From a virus: a DNA stretch of 64,000 nucleotides. Position 1 is the first letter of the stretch. Each line of letters begins with the position of its first letter. Of this stretch, positions 58,531 through 64,000 are shown in pieces. The stretch spans positions 64,001 to 128,000 of IMG/VR virus record IMGVR_UViG_3300017917_004222. The stretch is one strand, 5' to 3'. Under the pieces are notes generated by a model. The model was not told the DNA's origin. It worked only from the letters and a program-made list of their open reading frames with translations, and ran no database searches. The translations under genes were made by a program, and so were the position numbers.

Positions 58531-61500
58531 ATGGCAACAAGCAACAATATTGGCAAAGATCTCGTGGATTTGCTGGCCACCCACAACTTTGATGTTGAAA
58601 CATCCAGCGCCAAAAACCCATCGGCCACCCCCGACGAAGCCACAGTGTTCAAGTTTGATTACGTGAGTCAACACAATCGCAACTACGGCACTGCAGTTAT
58701 CGTGATTGGTGACGACAATGACCTCATTTTGTTCTACGGTGACAATCTGGGACGGGGCATGGAACCCGAGGACAAGGACGAATGGTTTGCGTTCATGAAA
58801 GAGCTCAAGGATTTTTCAGTACGCCACAACTTCAAAACATTCAGCCCCAAAAACCTCAATCAACTCAAGCACACCATGCAAGGCATGGCAGCCATCAAAG
58901 AAGGCTTGTTTGAAGGCTACTATGGATCTCGACGGGTCAGCTACATGGGTCCGGCTACCGAAGCACGACTGGTGATCAATCACAATCGGCTGATTGGCGA
59001 AAATGACAAGCGATTCCGTTATATCGAAAGCCTGTTTATCGAGACTGTGGAGGGCGAACGATTCCGCTTGCCGTTCAAGCACATGGCCGGAGCTCGAGCC
59101 ATGCTGGAGCATGTGCGCCAAGGTGGTCGTCCGTATGACATTCGGGGCCAGCACATTGCTGATGTTGTGAACGAGATGTCGGTGTTGTCACGTTTTCGAC
59201 GTGCGCAACAAGGACGAGTGTTTGAGGGAGTGACACGGGAGTTGGTAGAGCAGGCCAACCAGTATTACCAGTCGTTGCACACCAATCTCAAGCACATGTC
59301 CAGCAATCGCGGGTACCGTTCGTATTTTGAATCCTGGACTCCGGCCGACATTGGGCCAGAAGAATCCCTAGTGGAAGATCTGCGAACCATGTTTGTGGAA
59401 CAAACCATAGACAGCAGAATTGAACAAGCATTGCCTACCCTGGCCAAGCTAAAAGGAAAAACAATGAAAGAAGCTGATATTTTTGAATCATGGGCCAACC
59501 GGTTGACCGAAGGCACTTGGGCACTGCCCGACAATCCCGAAGCACAAGAAAAGCTCAATCAACTCATGAGCAGTGAGCTGATTGTGGGGCCAGATGCAAC
59601 CAATGCCACAGAACTGTTGTACGATGTTGTGGGCGACGATGAGCTGTATGACATCCTTGACGATTTGGCCGCAAGGAACCCTAGAGCCAACATCTGGGAC
59701 GATTCTGATGTGATTCAGCGCATGCAAGAACTAGGCATTCAGCTGCCCAACGGCGATGAAGAACCCAACACCAACATGGATATGCCAGCGCCTGGCGACG
59801 CTGCCGAGGTCAGAGAAGGCGACAACCTGGCGACATTTGTCGAAGGCAGCTGCAATCACACCCGGGAAGGCGAATACTGCCCCGAGCATGGACTCATGGA
59901 ATGCGGCATGTACGAAAGCATGGGCGGCACAGTGGCTGGCGCTGTTGCTACTGGAGTGCCGCATGCGTCAGAAGGTGTGGAGGAAGGCTCCGCAAAGTAT
60001 ATCAAGCGCAGCGTGGCAGGTTGGGGCTGGTACGACAAAGACAAGCCTAAAGATGTGGTGAATAAAGTCAAGGGTCAAGACACAGATGTGCTAAAAAGGC
60101 TGCATGAACCTGACACCAAAAAAGGCAAGGGTTCTCCTGCTGAACTACAACAAAAAGCCATCAGTCGTGAGTTGAAGAGGCGTGGTAAGCAAGGTGTAGG
60201 GGAAGCTGAATATGATTCTAGAAAACCCTATGGGGTTCGTTATAGAGTATTTGCCGGGCGTGACGGCAGATTAACTACTAAAGAATTTTGGACTACCTCG
60301 TCGGAAAAATTAAAAAAGGCCGTTGCCAAAATTGAAGCCTTGGGCAACTTCTACGAAATTGACGGATATAGCTATCCCAAAGAACAGCCGGGCGTGTCAG
60401 AAGAATATACGCAAGTTCACGAACTAAGTAAAGACACTCTGCAATCATATCGTGACCGGACAAAAGAAAAGCGAGCTGCATACAACGCTGCAATCCGGCA
60501 CGCCGGCGATCCGCCACTGGGCATGACATCTACCCACTCTAGTGATGAAGTAGACCGGTGGATTAAAAAGTATGATAAAATGGGCGGCGGTATGAAAAAG
60601 GCTGCCAACAGAATCAAAAATTTAGATAAGCAAGGCGTGTCGGAAACCAATGTTGCAAAATACCGAGACCTGGGCGCTACTGCAGACACTACCCACTTTG
60701 TCAAGAACGTCACCACAGGCAAGATTGTGAGTCCACATCGCAGCCGTCAAGATGCCGAAGACGCCCTGGTTGCGTTGCAGCGTCGCCCTGACGGCAACGA
60801 ATACAAGATTGTTCGTGCCAGAAAAGATGTGACCGAAGGTGATGATCGTGGCGATTATCACTCTACTGCCCGCGCTGCCGAACAAGCCACAAGGCAAGCC
60901 AAGGACCCTGCAGGCCACCGAAAGGCAGCAGGTTTGCATGACCGTGCAGCAACTTATGCGCTATCGGCCGGTCACGACAGCAGTGTTGTCCACGATCACC
61001 AAATGGCAGCACGGGAACACACCCGAGCAGCCCGAGGATTGACTAAAAGCTCGTTGGAAGAAGCCGGCGGAGCAAAACAATACAATGAATTCAAGCGTGA
61101 ATGGCGTGCAAAACACGGTGCTGATGCCAAAGTTCCCGGCTATGATAGCCGAGAATATACATCCTACTGCTATCGTCAACTTGATAAAAAGCATGGTGTG
61201 TCAGAAACCCGAGCTGATCCCACCAGCACCTGGGTGGTGTATGACGGCAAAAAAGTTCAGCGTTTCAAAACCCACGCTGGTGCCAAGGCCTATGCTGAAA
61301 AGCACGGCGGCAAAGTTGCAAGCTCGGCGCACTATGCCGATCGCATCCAAAAGTCCGAAGTAAAGGAAGGCTTGGACATCGAAGCCGCTCGTGAACGACT
61401 TGCATCACTGCAGAGGGACCTGAAGGCAGTGACCGGCAATTATCCCGGCGATGATCGTAATCGCATGATCCTGCGCAGGCAAATATTTGATCTGAAGGCA

Positions 61501-61998
61501 CAAATCAAATCAGCAGGCAGCAAGAAATCTGAGGTGAAGGAAGGCCAACTCAACGAATATCTAGTGAACGAAGGAGAACCGTTTTCTGAGGTATTGAATC
61601 TGAATGTGTTTATGGACACCAGCCCAGATGGTCAAGTAGGGATGGATCATGATCCTCAATGGCAACAACTAATGGCAAAATATCAACCCATTGCCAAACA
61701 GTTAGAGCAACAAATACAAGCACTTGACGAGTACGAACTCTCGCCCAAAGAAGTAGACGCAATTCACAATGTTTGGTATGATGGATCAGACGCCTATGAT
61801 GACATGGAAGTTGATGTTCTAGCCAGGCTCTACGACCAGCAAATCAAGTTGGTCAAACGAATGATAACCGTTAGATTGAGAAAGCAAGGTGTGTCTGAAG
61901 ACTCAACTGACCCCATGGACCATCGTGGTGCTGTGACCGACAGCTTCCGTGAAAGTCTGGATCGCATAAAAACTCTGGCACAGATTCGCAAGAGCTAA
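58531..61998 (+). CDS. Large protein: ordered N-terminal region plus C-terminal array of small modules (putative head polyprotein)
   Basis: Late promoter; repeated KQGVSE/KSEVKE-type linkers every ~50-110 aa. Confidence 0.75.
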   Translation: MATSNNIGKDLVDLLATHNFDVETSSAKNPSATPDEATVFKFDYVSQHNRNYGTAVIVIGDDNDLILFYGDNLGRGMEPEDKDEWFAFMKELKDFSVRHNFKTFSPKNLNQLKHTMQGMAAIKEGLFEGYYGSRRVSYMGPATEARLVINHNRLIGENDKRFRYIESLFIETVEGERFRLPFKHMAGARAMLEHVRQGGRPYDIRGQHIADVVNEMSVLSRFRRAQQGRVFEGVTRELVEQANQYYQSLHTNLKHMSSNRGYRSYFESWTPADIGPEESLVEDLRTMFVEQTIDSRIEQALPTLAKLKGKTMKEADIFESWANRLTEGTWALPDNPEAQEKLNQLMSSELIVGPDATNATELLYDVVGDDELYDILDDLAARNPRANIWDDSDVIQRMQELGIQLPNGDEEPNTNMDMPAPGDAAEVREGDNLATFVEGSCNHTREGEYCPEHGLMECGMYESMGGTVAGAVATGVPHASEGVEEGSAKYIKRSVAGWGWYDKDKPKDVVNKVKGQDTDVLKRLHEPDTKKGKGSPAELQQKAISRELKRRGKQGVGEAEYDSRKPYGVRYRVFAGRDGRLTTKEFWTTSSEKLKKAVAKIEALGNFYEIDGYSYPKEQPGVSEEYTQVHELSKDTLQSYRDRTKEKRAAYNAAIRHAGDPPLGMTSTHSSDEVDRWIKKYDKMGGGMKKAANRIKNLDKQGVSETNVAKYRDLGATADTTHFVKNVTTGKIVSPHRSRQDAEDALVALQRRPDGNEYKIVRARKDVTEGDDRGDYHSTARAAEQATRQAKDPAGHRKAAGLHDRAATYALSAGHDSSVVHDHQMAAREHTRAARGLTKSSLEEAGGAKQYNEFKREWRAKHGADAKVPGYDSREYTSYCYRQLDKKHGVSETRADPTSTWVVYDGKKVQRFKTHAGAKAYAEKHGGKVASSAHYADRIQKSEVKEGLDIEAARERLASLQRDLKAVTGNYPGDDRNRMILRRQIFDLKAQIKSAGSKKSEVKEGQLNEYLVNEGEPFSEVLNLNVFMDTSPDGQVGMDHDPQWQQLMAKYQPIAKQLEQQIQALDEYELSPKEVDAIHNVWYDGSDAYDDMEVDVLARLYDQQIKLVKRMITVRLRKQGVSEDSTDPMDHRGAVTDSFRESLDRIKTLAQIRKS

Positions 61999-62181
61999 AT
62001 AAAACACTCAAGCAAGGGGTGGCAACACCGCTTGCACAGGCAGCATACTTGGCAACACTGGCAGGAACAATCTTGCCAGTTGCCTAGGAAACACAGGCAA
62101 GGCTGTGTAAAATAACCTTGAAGGCAGCATTTAAGTAAATCTTAAATTCAAACATATTAACACTTTGAAAGGCAACATAAT

Positions 62182-63219
62182 ATGGCATCCTTAGCAGAAA
62201 TTCGCGCAAGACTTCAGGCAGCTGAAAACAAACAAGGTGGGCAATCCACCGGTGGTGACAACTCAATCTATCCGCACTGGAACATGGAAGAAGGGCAAAG
62301 TGCAAGCCTGCGATTCCTGCCAGACGGCAACAGCAAAAACACATTCTTCTGGGTGGAACGAGCCATGATTCGTCTCCCATTCAACGGCATCAAGGGCGAA
62401 ATGGACTCCAAGCAAGTCATGGTCCAAGTGCCATGTGTGGAGATGTGGAACGAAACCTGTCCTATCCTGACCGAAGTTCGCACCTGGTTCAAAGACAAGA
62501 GTCTGGAAGACATGGGTCGCAAATACTGGAAAAAGCGCAGCTACCTCATGCAGGGCTTTGTGCGTCAAAACCCCATCGCAGATGACGCCACCAAGGCACC
62601 TGAAAATCCAATCCGTCGCTTCATCATGGGTCCTCAGATCTTTACCCTGATCAAGAGTGCACTGATGGATCCCGAACTGGAAGAACTGCCCACTGACTAC
62701 ATGCGTGGTCTGGACTTCCGCATTGCCAAGACCAGCAAGGGCGGCTATGCTGACTACAACACCAGCCAGTGGGCTCGCAAAGAGTCGGCCCTGACCGAAG
62801 CTGAACAGGCAGCGATCGAAACTCATGGTCTCTACGACCTCAGCACTTTCTTGCCCAAGCGACCTGGCGAAGTGGAACTGCGTGTGATCAAGGAAATGTT
62901 CGAAGCCAGCGTGGACGGTCAACCCTATGACCCTGATCGTTGGGCACAATACTTCCGTCCGCCTGGCGTGGCAGCACCTGGTGGCGCAGCCAGCGGCAGC
63001 GCTGATGTGGACGAAGACTCGGCTCGTGTCCCAGCTCGTGCACCTGCACCACGTCCTGCACCTGCTCCGGCTCCTGCAGCAGAGTCGGCACCCTGGGAAG
63101 GCGAAGATGACACCGCAGTGGCCACAGCACCTGTTGCTGCCCCTGCTCCTGCAGCCCGCGCAGGTGGCCAGAATGCACAAGACATCTTGGCCATGATCCG
63201 CAGCCGTCAACAAAAGTAA
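62182..63219 (+). CDS. gp32: Single-stranded DNA-binding protein
   Basis: LRFLPDG, CVEMW..CPI, YWKKRSY, GLDFRI.K.SKGGYADY..S.W. Confidence 0.9.
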   Translation: MASLAEIRARLQAAENKQGGQSTGGDNSIYPHWNMEEGQSASLRFLPDGNSKNTFFWVERAMIRLPFNGIKGEMDSKQVMVQVPCVEMWNETCPILTEVRTWFKDKSLEDMGRKYWKKRSYLMQGFVRQNPIADDATKAPENPIRRFIMGPQIFTLIKSALMDPELEELPTDYMRGLDFRIAKTSKGGYADYNTSQWARKESALTEAEQAAIETHGLYDLSTFLPKRPGEVELRVIKEMFEASVDGQPYDPDRWAQYFRPPGVAAPGGAASGSADVDEDSARVPARAPAPRPAPAPAPAAESAPWEGEDDTAVATAPVAAPAPAARAGGQNAQDILAMIRSRQQK

Positions 63220-63228
63220 TGTTGATTC

Positions 63229-63263
63229 AGCATGGCGCCTGGCGCGCCATGCTTTCTGTTTTT
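63229..63263 (+). terminator. Intrinsic terminator
   Basis: agcatggcgc/gcgccatgct stem followed by T-rich tail. Confidence 0.75.
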
Positions 63264-63276
63264 AAGGCAAAACCTC

Positions 63277-64000
63277 ATGGGAAAACCATTTGACATTTCC
63301 AAGTTCCGTAAGGAAATTACCAAGAGCATTGATGGCCTCAGCATTGGCTTCAATGACCCAACTGACTGGATCAGCACCGGCAACTATGCGTTGAATTACC
63401 TCATTAGCGGAGACTTTCACCGGGGTGTGCCCCTGGGCAAGGTCACTGTGTTTGCAGGCGAGTCGGGCGCAGGCAAGAGCTACATCTGTTCGGGCAACAT
63501 CATCAAGAACGCACAAGAGCAAGGCATCTATGTGGTCTTGATTGACAGTGAAAACGCACTGGACGAGGCATGGCTGCATGCCCTGGGCGTGGACACCAGC
63601 GAGAGCAAACTGCTCAAACTCAGCATGGCCATGATCGATGATGTGGCCAAGACCATCGCCACGTTCATGAGCGACTACAAGGCCCTGCCCGATGGCGAGC
63701 GCCCCAAGGTGTTGTTTGTGATTGACAGCTTGGGCATGCTGTTGACTCCCACCGACATCAACCAGTTCGAAAGCGGTGACATGAAGGGTGACCTGGGTCG
63801 CAAGCCCAAGGCACTGACTGCACTGGTTCGCAACTGTGTGAACATGTTCGGCAGCTACAACGTGGGCCTGGTTTGTACCAACCACACATACGCATCGCAA
63901 GACATGTTCGACCCTGATGACAAGATCTCAGGTGGTCAAGGCTTCATCTACGCCAGCTCGATTGTGGTGGCCATGAAAAAGCTCAAGCTCAAAGAGGACG
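63277..64000 (+). CDS. uvsX: RecA-like recombinase, 3'-truncated (not in ORF track)
   Basis: MGKPFDISKF...WISTGNYALNYLISG, FAGESGAGKS, IDSENALD, VIDSLGML. Confidence 0.92.
   Translation, partial: MGKPFDISKFRKEITKSIDGLSIGFNDPTDWISTGNYALNYLISGDFHRGVPLGKVTVFAGESGAGKSYICSGNIIKNAQEQGIYVVLIDSENALDEAWLHALGVDTSESKLLKLSMAMIDDVAKTIATFMSDYKALPDGERPKVLFVIDSLGMLLTPTDINQFESGDMKGDLGRKPKALTALVRNCVNMFGSYNVGLVCTNHTYASQDMFDPDDKISGGQGFIYASSIVVAMKKLKLKED

Noticed and set aside
59971-61899. Linker repeats as a CRISPR or attC-like array
   Set aside because: Linkers vary at synonymous positions, are not palindromic and stay in frame, so the constraint is at protein level.
1372-63900. Many long antisense ORFs (e.g. 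1372-2280, 18687-19874, 44282-45280, 62263-63213, 63262-63900)
   Set aside because: Mirror frames of recognisable sense genes, produced by codon bias; no motifs.
1-64000. Stop-codon reassignment or inteins
   Set aside because: Core genes are full length in code 11; terminase, gp46 and portal show no intein-sized insertions.

Overview
64 kb of a large T4-like (myovirus, probably jumbo-class) phage genome; host not identifiable from the sequence. ORFs are intact in the standard code. Gene order: gp47/gp46 recombination nucleases, baseplate hub/chaperone plus tape measure, head module (gp20-gp21-gp22-gp23), a 17 kb tail fibre/adhesin cluster, neck and tail genes, terminase, gp32 SSB and the start of uvsX. 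Homing-type endonucleases and a small sigma70-driven early island are interspersed. I saw no tRNA, rRNA or CRISPR array. Main observations: (1) three genes near the terminase look like polyproteins of ~50-110 aa modules separated by K-x-G-V-x-E / [VLIM]-x-E linkers matching T4 gp21 protease specificity, and several share the scaffold's C-terminal motif, suggesting a protease-released capsid-cargo array; (2) a ~520 nt densely structured candidate ncRNA at 4118-4640; (3) a T-TTT-TTC -1 frameshift joining the gp26-like and gp51-like ORFs; (4) late promoters inside RBS-sequestering hairpins, and apparently leaderless late genes; (5) a probable AUU start for the gp15-like gene; (6) a relic gp46 5' end marking an endonuclease insertion. 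Product calls come from motif recognition and synteny only; no database searches were run.
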